DNA of 64,000 nt from contig CAJFUN010000045.1 of NCBI GenBank assembly GCA_904420205.1, positions 4,137 to 68,136 of the forward strand. Reading direction: 5' to 3'. Shown piece by piece: positions 1-9,931 of this stretch. The notes under the pieces were generated by a model. That model was not told where the DNA came from, ran no database searches, and was given only the letters and a program-made list of their open reading frames with translations. The position numbers were made by a program, and so were the translations under genes. Within the stretch, counting starts at the first letter, position 1. Each line of letters opens with the position of its first letter. The DNA is from Candidatus Parachristensenella avicola (GTDB lineage Bacteria > Bacillota > Clostridia > Christensenellales > UMGS416).

Positions 1-1165
1 GCTCGGCCAGGCGCGCCTTTTTCTCCTCATCGGGCACTTGGTTTGCCATAGCGGCAGCCGGCGTGCCCTGCCGCGGGGAATATTTAAAGCTGAAGGCCCC
101 GTCATACCCAGCCCGGCGCACCAGCTCCAGGGTGTGTTCAAACTGCGCACGTGTCTCGCCGGGGAAACCAACAATGAGATCCGTCGTTAATGCGATGTCC
201 GGGCAGGCGGCGCGCAGGCGGCCTACAAGGTCAAGATACTGCGCGGCGGTATAGTGCCGGTTCATGCGCCGCAGGATCTCATCATCGCCCGACTGCACCG
301 GCAGATGCAGGTGATGACACAGTTTCGGTAGGCTGCCGAAGGCCTCGATCAACGCATCGGAAAGATCCTTGGGATGACTTGTCATGAAGCGGATCCGCTC
401 CAATCCCTCGATTGCATGGATCTGCCTCAATAGCTCGGCAAAGGTGATGGGCTGCTCGAGGGTGCGGCCGTAGCTATTCACATTCTGGCCCAGCAGCGTC
501 ACTTCCCGAACCCCGCGATCCACCAGCTGCCGGATCTCTGAAAGGATCTCTTCACTGTCACGGCTGCGCTCTCGGCCCCGCACATAGGGCACGATACAGT
601 ATGAGCAATAGTTATCGCAGCCGTACATGATCGTCACCCAGGCGGTGCAGCCCGCCACCCGGGCGGCAGGCATATGTTCCACAATCACGCCCTCGCTGTC
701 GGTAATGTCCATTACCGTGCGAGGGGACTGCGCGGCCCGAGCCAGCAGCTCCGGGAAGCAGTGGACCCGATGGGTACCGAAGATGAGGTCAATAAAGGGG
801 TATTTAGCCGCAAGCGCCTTCGCTACGTCTTCCTGCTGCATCATGCATCCGCACACACAGATCATCAGTTCCGGATTGGCTTCCTTCAAAAAGCGCAGCG
901 CGCCTACGTTGCCGTGTACCTTCACCTCTGCATGCTCCCGCACGCAGCAGGTGTTAATCACCACCACCGAGGCCTCTTCAACCTCATCGGTGGGTGAAAG
1001 GCCCATTTCGTTCAGCATACCCGCCAGCGCCTCAGAGTCGTGCTCATTCATCTGGCAACCATAGGTTTTAATATAGTACCGCGCCGCAGCGCCGGCATAC
1101 CGCTCCCTCAGCGCCTCGATAAAAGCCCACTGGCGCTGCTGCTGTGAAAAGTCAAGAGTGGTCAT
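1..1165 (-). CDS. miaB: tRNA methylthiotransferase MiaB (radical SAM). About 388 N-terminal codons are present and the C-terminus runs off the left edge.
   Basis: It is absent from the ORF track because it has no stop codon in the window. My minus-strand translation from ATG 1165..1163 (GGAGG about 12 nt upstream) reads MTTLDFSQQQRQWAF..YYIKTYGCQMNEHDSE..VVINTCCVRE. It then shows the radical-SAM motif IMYGCDNYCSYCIVPYVRGRERSR and LHLPVQSGDDEILRRMNRHYT. Confidence 0.85.
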   Translation of the reverse strand, partial: MTTLDFSQQQRQWAFIEALRERYAGAAARYYIKTYGCQMNEHDSEALAGMLNEMGLSPTDEVEEASVVVINTCCVREHAEVKVHGNVGALRFLKEANPELMICVCGCMMQQEDVAKALAAKYPFIDLIFGTHRVHCFPELLARAAQSPRTVMDITDSEGVIVEHMPAARVAGCTAWVTIMYGCDNYCSYCIVPYVRGRERSRDSEEILSEIRQLVDRGVREVTLLGQNVNSYGRTLEQPITFAELLRQIHAIEGLERIRFMTSHPKDLSDALIEAFGSLPKLCHHLHLPVQSGDDEILRRMNRHYTAAQYLDLVGRLRAACPDIALTTDLIVGFPGETRAQFEHTLELVRRAGYDGAFSFKYSPRQGTPAAAMANQVPDEEKKARLAE

Positions 1166-1296
1166 TGTGGGACGTTTCCTCCTTCACCTTGATGCGCCCG
1201 GCAGGCGCACCGCAGGGCTTTGGAGTCGGATTTTGCCGACAGCATCAATTATAGTCTTTTTTCGCCTTTTTCGCAAGGCACTCCCCCTTTGGGGGA

Positions 1297-1333
1297 AAGA
1301 AAAACCGCCGCGACTTACGTCTGCGGCGGCGGT
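1297..1333 (-). terminator. intrinsic terminator after yajC
   Basis: On the minus strand, an 8-bp GC stem ACCGCCGC..GCGGCGGT is followed by TTTTTCTTT. It lies about 10 nt after the yajC stop. Confidence 0.6.
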
Positions 1334-1343
1334 ACGCGTCGGA

Positions 1344-1661
1344 TTACAGTTCGTTTTCCACATCGGCGTCCTCTACGGTGCCGATAGCCCGGCGGGAAAA
1401 AGGCATCTCTACCTTATTGGCGCCCACTTCCAAAATGACGACCTCGTCCTTAATGCGTACAATGCGGCCGTAGAGCCCGCCGATCGTCTTAACGCGGTCG
1501 CCAACCTTGAGGTTGTTAAGCATGTCGTTGATCTTTTTCTGCTGCTTCTGCTGGGGGCGGATCAGCATGAAGTAGAACAGAGCGATCATCGCCACCATCA
1601 TCACAATAAAGGAAATGGTGGAAGCGCCGGATCCCGTCACCAAATACAGTTGGGTCATCAT
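1344..1661 (-). CDS. yajC: preprotein translocase subunit YajC
   Basis: The protein is 105 aa with one N-terminal TM helix. It then reads RPQQKQQKKINDMLNNLKVGDRVKTIGGLYGRIVRIKDEVVILEV, a YajC-like pattern. It lies directly downstream of tgt. Confidence 0.85.
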   Translation of the reverse strand: MMTQLYLVTGSGASTISFIVMMVAMIALFYFMLIRPQQKQQKKINDMLNNLKVGDRVKTIGGLYGRIVRIKDEVVILEVGANKVEMPFSRRAIGTVEDADVENEL

Positions 1662-1742
1662 GTCTCATTCTCCGTTTCTCGTGTGATTACTTTGAATATC
1701 ATACCTTGTTAGGCTATTGATTTCAAGTCATTTGCGCAAATT

Positions 1743-2996
<1,254 letters not shown>

Positions 2997-5180
2997 TTAT
3001 TTCTCCCTCTCCGAGTCGACGGCGGTGCGCCATTGCGGCGTCCATTGGCCGTCGTCGAAGCTTGAGTCATAGAATACGAACAGGTTCCGCCCCCTGCGCT
3101 TTGCCTCATATAGGGCAATATCTGCCCGCTGATACAGCTGCTCAAAGCTTCGGCCGTCCTGGGGATACAGCGCTGCCCCGACGCTGCAGGTACAGACTAC
3201 GCCCATGCGGGCTTGCTCTGCCGATTGGCTTAACGCCGCGCCGATCTGCCCAGCCTTATCCGCGACAAACTCCGGCGATACGATATTGCGGACAAACACC
3301 ACAAATTCATCCCCGCCGATACGACCGATTATATCGTCGCGTCGAAAAATGCTCGACAGCTGCTTGGCGCAATCCGCAAGCAGCGCATCGCCGGCCATAT
3401 GGCCGCAGGTATCGTTTACCTCCTTAAGATGATCCAAGTCAATCATAAAAAAGGCATGGCCCGTATCCGGGGCTTCAGATTGCAGGATGCGTTTAATCAT
3501 CTGCTCTGTCTGCCGCTTGTTGTATAGGCCGGTCAGCGCGTCGCGCTCGGAACGATACCGCAGCGCCAGCTCCTCTCGCTTTTGCCGGTCGATATCCCGA
3601 ATATAGGCAAATCCCCGGATGTCCCCCGTATCCACGTCCTGCAGCATATGCATTGTATTGGCCACCCAGCGCACAGTTCCATCCTGACGAATCCACCGGT
3701 GCTCATGGCGAAGCTCTGTTGCGCCTGCCTCAAAGCTGCTCAGCGCATGCTGCCTACCATATAGCTGTGCATAAGCCTCGCGGTCTTGGGGGAATACCGC
3801 CGCATCGGCCATTAGCGCCAATAACGCGTCATAGGACTGAGCGTGTTCCGCATCAGGCGGCAGGTATTCCCATTCCCCCTGGCAAAGCTCCACCTGATTG
3901 CGGCTCACGTTCATCTCAAGATAGACCACAGCCTCCGTCAGCATGGCCTTGCGGTATTGCTCCCGCTGCCGGTAGCGCACTTCCCGCTCCTTCTGGCGCG
4001 TCACATCCTCTAAAATTCCGATGGCCCGGCCCGCATCTGCCAGCGCCGTCAGCGTGATATGGTTCCACACGGATGATCCCTGGGCGCTACGCATCTTTAC
4101 CACGCAGGTCGCCGTCTTCGCCCCCGCGCCAATGTGCCGCCACATTTTGTACCATTCATCGGTGAACGCCGGATCTATGATACCCATTTTGACCATGGTT
4201 TCCGGCGAATTCTCCATATGCTGCGGTAGCCCAAAGGCCTCCATGGCCTGCTTCGGCCATTCGACCTGCTTTCTTGCTATATCGTAATCAAATACGGTAT
4301 TGCTGGTTTTGGACAGCGCAATACGGAACCGCTCCTCGCTCAGCCGCAGCGCCTGTTCTGCACTTTTTCTTCCGGTAATATCCATCATGACGCAGCGCAT
4401 CGATTCATCATGCCCCGGCCTGAGCAGCGCCCCCCGGATGAGCAGATCCGCCCGGCTGCCATCCCTGCGGATGATGCGGCTTTCTACTTCAAATAAACCG
4501 CTCTTCTCTCTGCGCGCCGTCTCCACCGCTTCCCGGATAACTGGCAATTCCTCCGCCGGCATAGCCGCTGCCAGCCGGTTGCCCAGCTCGTCTTTTAGCT
4601 GCTGCGGCGTATATCCATATAGTTCGTAAAGGGCCTCATTGCCTTCGATTAGCGTGAACCCCTCGTCCAAGGCGATTTCTCCCACACCGCCTGGGATGGA
4701 ATTGCTTAGATGCTGCAACGTTTGGATTACCCGCTCCAGCCGCGCATCTTTTTCCTGGATAAGCCGCCTTAGCGAAGCAGCCTCGGCGCTTTCCATCTTG
4801 TCCGGGTGCGCTATGGAGGTGTGCAGCATGCCGATCTTATAGGTTCCCTGCTCTTTCTGCAGGCTAGCTGTCTGGAAAACGGGCTGTTCCGCTTCGGAGG
4901 GCCGCGCCGCCTGCATACGGCACAGAATCAAAACGCCCGTCCCCATAGCCTTAGCCGTAAAATGCGCATCATGCAGTTCATAAGGCCGCGGGTCAGCCTC
5001 TACCGCCCGCTGCATCTGGGTGCGGAGCGCCGCCTTTCCCAAGGCGGTCTCGTTCCCCGGACCGACCGAATAGACATCTTCTGTCACATAGCGCAGCGCG
5101 CTTTCCACATCGCGTTCCACCAGATAGGCCCGCATCATGTCGGCAAGCGCGCCCTTGGCTTCCTCAAGCGCCTTTTTCAT
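2997..5180 (-). CDS. multi-PAS diguanylate cyclase (GGDEF) with an N-terminal NTF2/SnoaL-like domain
   Basis: The protein is 727 aa. The C-terminus reads DALTGLYNKR..FFMIDLDHLKEVND..GHMAGD..RIGGDEFVVF, a GGDEF active site. The middle of the protein has repeated PAS-like blocks. No EAL domain is present. Confidence 0.85.
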   Translation of the reverse strand: MKKALEEAKGALADMMRAYLVERDVESALRYVTEDVYSVGPGNETALGKAALRTQMQRAVEADPRPYELHDAHFTAKAMGTGVLILCRMQAARPSEAEQPVFQTASLQKEQGTYKIGMLHTSIAHPDKMESAEAASLRRLIQEKDARLERVIQTLQHLSNSIPGGVGEIALDEGFTLIEGNEALYELYGYTPQQLKDELGNRLAAAMPAEELPVIREAVETARREKSGLFEVESRIIRRDGSRADLLIRGALLRPGHDESMRCVMMDITGRKSAEQALRLSEERFRIALSKTSNTVFDYDIARKQVEWPKQAMEAFGLPQHMENSPETMVKMGIIDPAFTDEWYKMWRHIGAGAKTATCVVKMRSAQGSSVWNHITLTALADAGRAIGILEDVTRQKEREVRYRQREQYRKAMLTEAVVYLEMNVSRNQVELCQGEWEYLPPDAEHAQSYDALLALMADAAVFPQDREAYAQLYGRQHALSSFEAGATELRHEHRWIRQDGTVRWVANTMHMLQDVDTGDIRGFAYIRDIDRQKREELALRYRSERDALTGLYNKRQTEQMIKRILQSEAPDTGHAFFMIDLDHLKEVNDTCGHMAGDALLADCAKQLSSIFRRDDIIGRIGGDEFVVFVRNIVSPEFVADKAGQIGAALSQSAEQARMGVVCTCSVGAALYPQDGRSFEQLYQRADIALYEAKRRGRNLFVFYDSSFDDGQWTPQWRTAVDSEREK

Positions 5181-5349
5181 GTTTCCTCCCTGCCTCCGTC
5201 CGCATCCAGGCAGACCCTTGCACGCGCCTTAGGCTAGCGGCATCTCCTGCCGCTGATTTCCATTCATTTTTATTTTATATTGATTCTATCTATTGTACCT
5301 GATTTATATGCGGATCACAACCTCTATAAGCAACCAAATCGAAATCCAA

Positions 5350-5380
5350 TAAAAAAGAGCCGGACATCCGCCGGCTCTTC
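5350..5380 (-). terminator. intrinsic terminator after the P-type ATPase
   Basis: On the minus strand, the stem AGAGCCGG-N7-CCGGCTCT is followed by TTTTTTATT. Confidence 0.65.
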
Positions 5381-5391
5381 CCCTTGGGGAT

Positions 5392-7248
5392 CTATTGTGC
5401 GTCTTCCTTTACCCGCAGCGCCCGCATCGCGTTGAGAATGGCGATCACCGATACGCCCACGTCGGCGAACACCGCCTCCCACATGGTGGCGACGCCCAAT
5501 GCGCCCAGCAGCAGGACAATCGCTTTTATCCCTAAGGCAAAGATAATGTTTTGTTTCACAATGCGCAGCGTCTTTTGGGAAATCCGCATCGCTTCAGCGA
5601 TTTTTGAGGGCTTATCGTCCATCAAAACAATGTCGGCCGCTTCAATCGCCGCATCGGATCCCAGCGCGCCCATGGCGATCCCTAGATCTGCCCTGGACAA
5701 CACGGGCGCGTCATTGATGCCGTCGCCCACAAAGGCCAACTTTTCATTGGGGCGTTTATCGCGCAACAGCGCTTCCACCTTTTCCACCTTGTCGGCAGGC
5801 AGCAGCTGAGTGTAAACCTCATCGATGCCCAACTGGCTGGCTACAGCCTCGCCCACTTCTTTGCGGTCGCCGGTCAACATTACAATCCGGCGTACGCCCT
5901 CCTTTTTCAAAAGGCGAATCGCCTCCGCCGCGTCGGGCTTAACTTCATCGGAAATGACAATGTGCCCGGCATAGCCGCCGTCCACGCCCACATGTATCAC
6001 CGTGCCCACCCTGTGGCACTCATGCCATTTTGCGCCGGCTGCATCCATCAGCTTACCATTGCCGACGCATACGCTGCGCCCATCGACCAATGCCCGTATC
6101 CCATGGCCGGCCACCTCTTCAGCCTGCTGCACGCGACTGGCGTCCAGCGGCTTGGGGCATGCTGCGCGCAACGACTGCGCGATGGGGTGATCCGAATAGC
6201 TTTCAGCCAAGGCCGCCAGCTCCAGCAGCGTCTCCTCCGGCACCTTATCAGGATGGATGGCGGTAACCTCAAAGCTGCCGCGGGTAAGCGTACCGGTCTT
6301 ATCGAATACGACCAGATTGGTCTGAGCCAGCGCCTCCAGATAATTGCTTCCCTTGACCAAGATCCCGCGCTTGGAGGCTCCGCCGATGCCGCCAAAGAAG
6401 CTAAGCGGCACGGAAATCACCAAAGCGCATGGGCAGGAAATGACGAGAAACGTCAGCGCGCGCTCCAGCCACAGGGTGAAGCTCTGCCCTAAGGCAAGCG
6501 GCGGCAGTGCGGCCAGCAGCACGGCCCCGATCACCACGGTCGGCGTATAATACCGGGCAAACTTGGTAATAAAGTTCTCCGTCTTTGCCTTTTTGGCGCT
6601 GGAGTTCTCCACTAGGTCTAGAATTTTTGCGACTGTCGACTCGCCATAGGGCTTGGTAACCCGCACGCGGATCAGGCCCGTCAGGTTCACGCATCCGCTG
6701 ATGACATGCTCTCCTGCGGCAGCCTCCCGCGGCAGTGACTCGCCCGTCAACGCCGAAGTGTTCATCGTTGTCGCGCCTTCCAGGATTTCGCCGTCCAGCG
6801 GAATTCGCTCACCGGGCTTTACTACGATCACATCGCCCACCGCAACCTCTTCCGGGTCCACTTGCTCCAAAGCGCCGGAACGCTCGACATTGGCATAATC
6901 CGGCCGGATATCCATCAGCGCGGCGATGGACTGCCGGGAGCGGCCTACCGCATAGCTTTGGAAAAGCTCGCCTACCTGGTAAAACAGCATGACGAACACG
7001 CTTTCAGGATAATCGCCGATGCAAAGGGCGCCTACGGTAGCCAGGGCCATCAAAAAGTTTTCATCGAACATTTGGCCCCGCATCAAATTGCGCAGCGCCT
7101 TCCAGAGCACATCCCATCCAATGACGCCGTAAGGGATAAGGAAAAGCACAAAACGGACCAGGCCCTGCGCCGGGATACACACCGCCGCCCCAAACAACAC
7201 CACCGCGACCAGAATGCGGGCCAGCATCTTTTTTTGTTTTCTGCTCAC
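5392..7248 (-). CDS. heavy-metal (Cd/Zn/Co-type, P1B) translocating P-type ATPase without a fused metal-binding domain
   Basis: The protein is 618 aa. Motifs are the CPC metal site SCPCALVIS, the phosphorylation site DKTGTLT, the hinge GDGINDAP and TGES. The first TM helix begins by residue 10, so no N-terminal HMA domain is fused. Confidence 0.9.
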   Translation of the reverse strand: MSRKQKKMLARILVAVVLFGAAVCIPAQGLVRFVLFLIPYGVIGWDVLWKALRNLMRGQMFDENFLMALATVGALCIGDYPESVFVMLFYQVGELFQSYAVGRSRQSIAALMDIRPDYANVERSGALEQVDPEEVAVGDVIVVKPGERIPLDGEILEGATTMNTSALTGESLPREAAAGEHVISGCVNLTGLIRVRVTKPYGESTVAKILDLVENSSAKKAKTENFITKFARYYTPTVVIGAVLLAALPPLALGQSFTLWLERALTFLVISCPCALVISVPLSFFGGIGGASKRGILVKGSNYLEALAQTNLVVFDKTGTLTRGSFEVTAIHPDKVPEETLLELAALAESYSDHPIAQSLRAACPKPLDASRVQQAEEVAGHGIRALVDGRSVCVGNGKLMDAAGAKWHECHRVGTVIHVGVDGGYAGHIVISDEVKPDAAEAIRLLKKEGVRRIVMLTGDRKEVGEAVASQLGIDEVYTQLLPADKVEKVEALLRDKRPNEKLAFVGDGINDAPVLSRADLGIAMGALGSDAAIEAADIVLMDDKPSKIAEAMRISQKTLRIVKQNIIFALGIKAIVLLLGALGVATMWEAVFADVGVSVIAILNAMRALRVKEDAQ

Positions 7249-7267
7249 GGGAAATCGCTCCTTTTTC

Positions 7268-7486
7268 TTATAACTGAATCAGGCAATCCGGCTCCACACG
7301 GCGGCAGGCCCTCACGACATCTTTCATAATTTCGTCAAACCGGGCGTCGTCGGCGGTAATGGTCAGCTTCTGTGTCATAAAGCTCACCGACGCCTCCTGC
7401 ACACCGTCAATCCGACGGATCGCATCCTCCATTTTCGCAGCGCAATTTGCGCAGTCAAGATCCTGCAGCTTATAGACCTTTCTCAT
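7268..7486 (-). CDS. stand-alone heavy-metal-associated (HMA) domain protein / metallochaperone
   Basis: The protein is 72 aa with the CxxC motif LQDLDCANCAAKMED. It lies 19 nt upstream of the ATPase and 17 nt downstream of the ArsR gene. Confidence 0.85.
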   Translation of the reverse strand: MRKVYKLQDLDCANCAAKMEDAIRRIDGVQEASVSFMTQKLTITADDARFDEIMKDVVRACRRVEPDCLIQL

Positions 7487-7503
7487 GTTCCAATCCCTCC
7501 TTA

Positions 7504-7875
7504 TTATTCTGCGACATGCTCCATGCCTTGATCGATAATCGTGCGGACATGACCATCCGCCAGTGAATAAAACACGGTTTTCCCCTCCCGGCGGTATTTT
7601 ACCAGCTTGCTTTGCTTCAGGGCCCGCAGCTGATGTGATACCGCTGACTGCGACAGGTTTAGCAACTGTGCGATATCACAAACGCACATCTCTGATTCAA
7701 AAAGTACATACAGGATTTTGATGCGGGTAGAATCCCCGAAAATCTTGAAAAGTTCCGCGAGATCATATAGGATTTCCTCTTCCGGCATCTGATTCATCAC
7801 CTTTTCCACGATTTCCTCGTGAACATGAATGAATTCACAGCGTTCTGTGTTATTCGATTCTGCCGTTTGAATCAT
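7504..7875 (-). CDS. ArsR/SmtB-family metalloregulator (CadC/CzrA-like)
   Basis: The protein is 123 aa. The winged helix reads EMCVCDIAQLLNLSQSAVSHQLRALK, with a CVC pair, plus an N-terminal Cys (ERCEF). It is the first gene of the metal operon. Confidence 0.85.
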   Translation of the reverse strand: MIQTAESNNTERCEFIHVHEEIVEKVMNQMPEEEILYDLAELFKIFGDSTRIKILYVLFESEMCVCDIAQLLNLSQSAVSHQLRALKQSKLVKYRREGKTVFYSLADGHVRTIIDQGMEHVAE

Positions 7876-7882
7876 CTCCTTT

Positions 7883-7904
7883 CATATGAACCATTGTTCA
7901 TATG
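7883..7904. promoter_or_regulatory. candidate ArsR/SmtB operator (9-4-9 perfect palindrome)
   Basis: CATATGAAC-CATT-GTTCATATG lies between a minus-strand TATAAT (7907..7912) and the regulator's ATG (7875). The TGAAC..GTTCA core resembles known SmtB/CzrA-type operators. Confidence 0.6.
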
Positions 7905-7943
7905 TTATTATAGTATATTCCATGCGAATGTCAAGGGGTTCAT

Positions 7944-7978
7944 AAAAAAATGACCGGACGCTATTTTAGCGTCCGGTC
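7944..7978 (-). terminator. intrinsic terminator after trpS
   Basis: A 10-bp stem GACCGGACGC/GCGTCCGGTC with a 7-nt loop is followed by T7 on the minus strand. Confidence 0.75.
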
Positions 7979-7995
7979 TGCATAATCGCGTTAGC

Positions 7996-8997
7996 TTATC
8001 GAGCCACGAATCCAACTTTGCGGTATACCTTGCTCAGCGTTTTCCGCGCTACATAGGCCGCCTTGTCGGCGCCCTCGTTGAGTATGCGCAGCAGGTAATC
8101 CTTTTCGCCCAGCAGCTCTTTTACGCGGTTCTGGATCGGGGTCAGCTCCTCAATGACCACATCGGCCACCGCATCCTTGAAAGCGCCGTATCCCTGCCCA
8201 TCAAACGCCTGCTCGATCTCTTCTGTCGTTTTATGGGTAATCGCCGAGTAAATATTGATGAGATTTGTTATGCCGGGTTTATGCTCCGGATCATAGCGAA
8301 TCTGTCCGTCCAGATCGGTCACAGCCCGGCGAATCTTCTTACGGATCACCGCCGGCTCCTCCAGCATAGCGATGGTCGAATCGCCTGATTTGCTCATTTT
8401 GCTGGTCGGATCCTGCAGGCTCATAATGCGCGCGCCAGCCTTGGGGATGTAGGCCTCCGGTACGACAAAGGTTTCGCCATAGGCGTTGTTAAAACGGATC
8501 GCCAGATCCCGCGTCAACTCCAAGTGCTGCTTTTGGTCGCTGCCCACCGGCACAAGGTCGGCCTGATAAAGCAGGATATCCGCCGCCATCAAGGTGGGAT
8601 AGGTAAAGAGTCCCGCACCGATGTTATCGCCCTGTTTTGAGCTTTTCTCCTTAAACTGCGTCATGCGGCTAAGTTCGCCCATATATGCGTTGCAGTTAAG
8701 CACCCAGGCCAGCTCCGCATGAGCCGGAACATGGGACTGAATGAAAATCACATTTTTCTCCGGATCCAAACCGCTGGCTATAAAGAGCGCCGCTAGCTCC
8801 AAGCTCCTTCTGCGAAGATCGGCCGGCGTCTGGCGCACCGTAATGGCGTGCATATCCACAATGCAATAGAAGCAGTCATATTCATCGCTCAGCAGCACCC
8901 AATTACGCAGGGCCCCCAAGTAGTTGCCCAGATGCAGGTTGCCCGAGGGCTGTATGCCGGAAAAGATCCGTTTTTTCTTCAATGGCTGTTCAGACAT
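7996..8997 (-). CDS. trpS: tryptophan--tRNA ligase
   Basis: The track ORF is 7996..9045. I moved the start to ATG 8997 (GGAAGGA RBS), because the upstream codons overlap the T-box terminator. This gives 333 aa. Motifs are IFSGIQPSGNLHLGNYLGA (HIGH-type) and KMSKS. Confidence 0.9.
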   Translation of the reverse strand: MSEQPLKKKRIFSGIQPSGNLHLGNYLGALRNWVLLSDEYDCFYCIVDMHAITVRQTPADLRRRSLELAALFIASGLDPEKNVIFIQSHVPAHAELAWVLNCNAYMGELSRMTQFKEKSSKQGDNIGAGLFTYPTLMAADILLYQADLVPVGSDQKQHLELTRDLAIRFNNAYGETFVVPEAYIPKAGARIMSLQDPTSKMSKSGDSTIAMLEEPAVIRKKIRRAVTDLDGQIRYDPEHKPGITNLINIYSAITHKTTEEIEQAFDGQGYGAFKDAVADVVIEELTPIQNRVKELLGEKDYLLRILNEGADKAAYVARKTLSKVYRKVGFVAR

Positions 8998-9028
8998 GTC
9001 GATCATCCTTCCCCTTGCTTGATTCGCT

Positions 9029-9272
9029 AAAAAAGGGGAACCCATCCTTCCTCAGGACAGGTTCCCCTGCTATGCCACCTGAAATGCATTCCATGCGCCG
9101 GCGCTGTGACCGGCCTCCCCGCTCACGGTGGGAATCCGTCGGAGCCTACGGCTTATCCGCCTTCGGTCCGCTCTCCGGAGCCCATTCGCCGGTCCGCCCG
9201 CGCCGGGCTCACACCTGCCCCGGCTCGCTTTCGCTGCGCTTGATCCGGTTACTTCTCTCCCTCAACGATTTA
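9029..9272 (-). promoter_or_regulatory. T-box leader (tRNA-Trp-responsive transcription attenuator) of trpS
   Basis: The minus-strand RNA shows stem-I GTTGAGGGAGAGAAGTA (AGAGA/AGTA). A specifier-like GAA-UGG-G lies at 9182..9184 (UGG = Trp). A T-box-like CAGGUGGCAUAGCAGGG lies at 9065..9081. The terminator GGGGAACC..GGTTCCCC+T6 lies at 9029..9067. Confidence 0.8.
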
Positions 9273-9277
9273 CTGCA

Positions 9278-9306
9278 ACCATATCACTTCGCGTCCCCCT
9301 TGTCAA
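9278..9306 (-). promoter_or_regulatory. sigma-A-type promoter of the trpS T-box leader
   Basis: TTGACA-N17-TATGGT on the minus strand, immediately upstream of the leader. Confidence 0.55.
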
Positions 9307-9311
9307 GCGGC

Positions 9312-9348
9312 AAAAAAATAAACCGCCGCGTCAGCCGATGCGGCGGTC
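9312..9348 (-). terminator. intrinsic terminator after the small P-loop gene
   Basis: On the minus strand, the stem ACCGCCGC-N10-GCGGCGGT is followed by TTATTTTTTTG. Confidence 0.7.
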
Positions 9349-9355
9349 TATCAAC

Positions 9356-9769
9356 TTATATGATATAGGGCTCCAGGAACGCCGGCGGTGCGCCGTCGCC
9401 TGCAGAGATCGACATAATCATATTGACCTGCATCTGCTCCGACAGATTTTTCATCTTATTAAAGAAGTTTTCAAGCTCTACGTCAGCCGTCAGCCCGATA
9501 ATGGAGGGCAATGCATCGATGAACACATCCACAATATCGAAATTAGCTGCCAACATACCGCTCACAAATCCATAAAATACGTCGGGATCCTTAATCGAAT
9601 ATTCTCCAGCGTTCACGTAGCGGATCTCATGCGGCAAATCCAACATGCACCGATTATCCTTTTCTAGGAATACCACATGGCCCTTGCAAGCAGCGGCTTC
9701 GGCCTTTGCTAGGGAGATAATCCGCTTGGTCTTGCCGGATCCGCGCTTTCCGTAAATTACTTTGATCAT
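9356..9769 (-). CDS. minimal (137 aa) P-loop NTPase of unknown function
   Basis: The track ORF is 9356..9814. I start the gene at ATG 9769 (GAGGAGG RBS). The N-terminus MIKVIYGKRGSGKTKRII is a Walker A motif. A Walker-B-like VDVFIDAL follows. No other domain is present. Confidence 0.6.
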   Translation of the reverse strand: MIKVIYGKRGSGKTKRIISLAKAEAAACKGHVVFLEKDNRCMLDLPHEIRYVNAGEYSIKDPDVFYGFVSGMLAANFDIVDVFIDALPSIIGLTADVELENFFNKMKNLSEQMQVNMIMSISAGDGAPPAFLEPYII

Positions 9770-9931
9770 AGCAATCCTCCTCGAATGGTGATTTTGGGGA
9801 TCTATTGTTTTCATTATACCGTATATGCTGTTAAAAAGAAAGCCTTCCTTTATAGCTAATCTACCTATAATCTGAAAAAAAAGAAGGTTCTCCCGAACCT
9901 TCTTGGCGTTTTTGTAAAATTCATTACGCTG

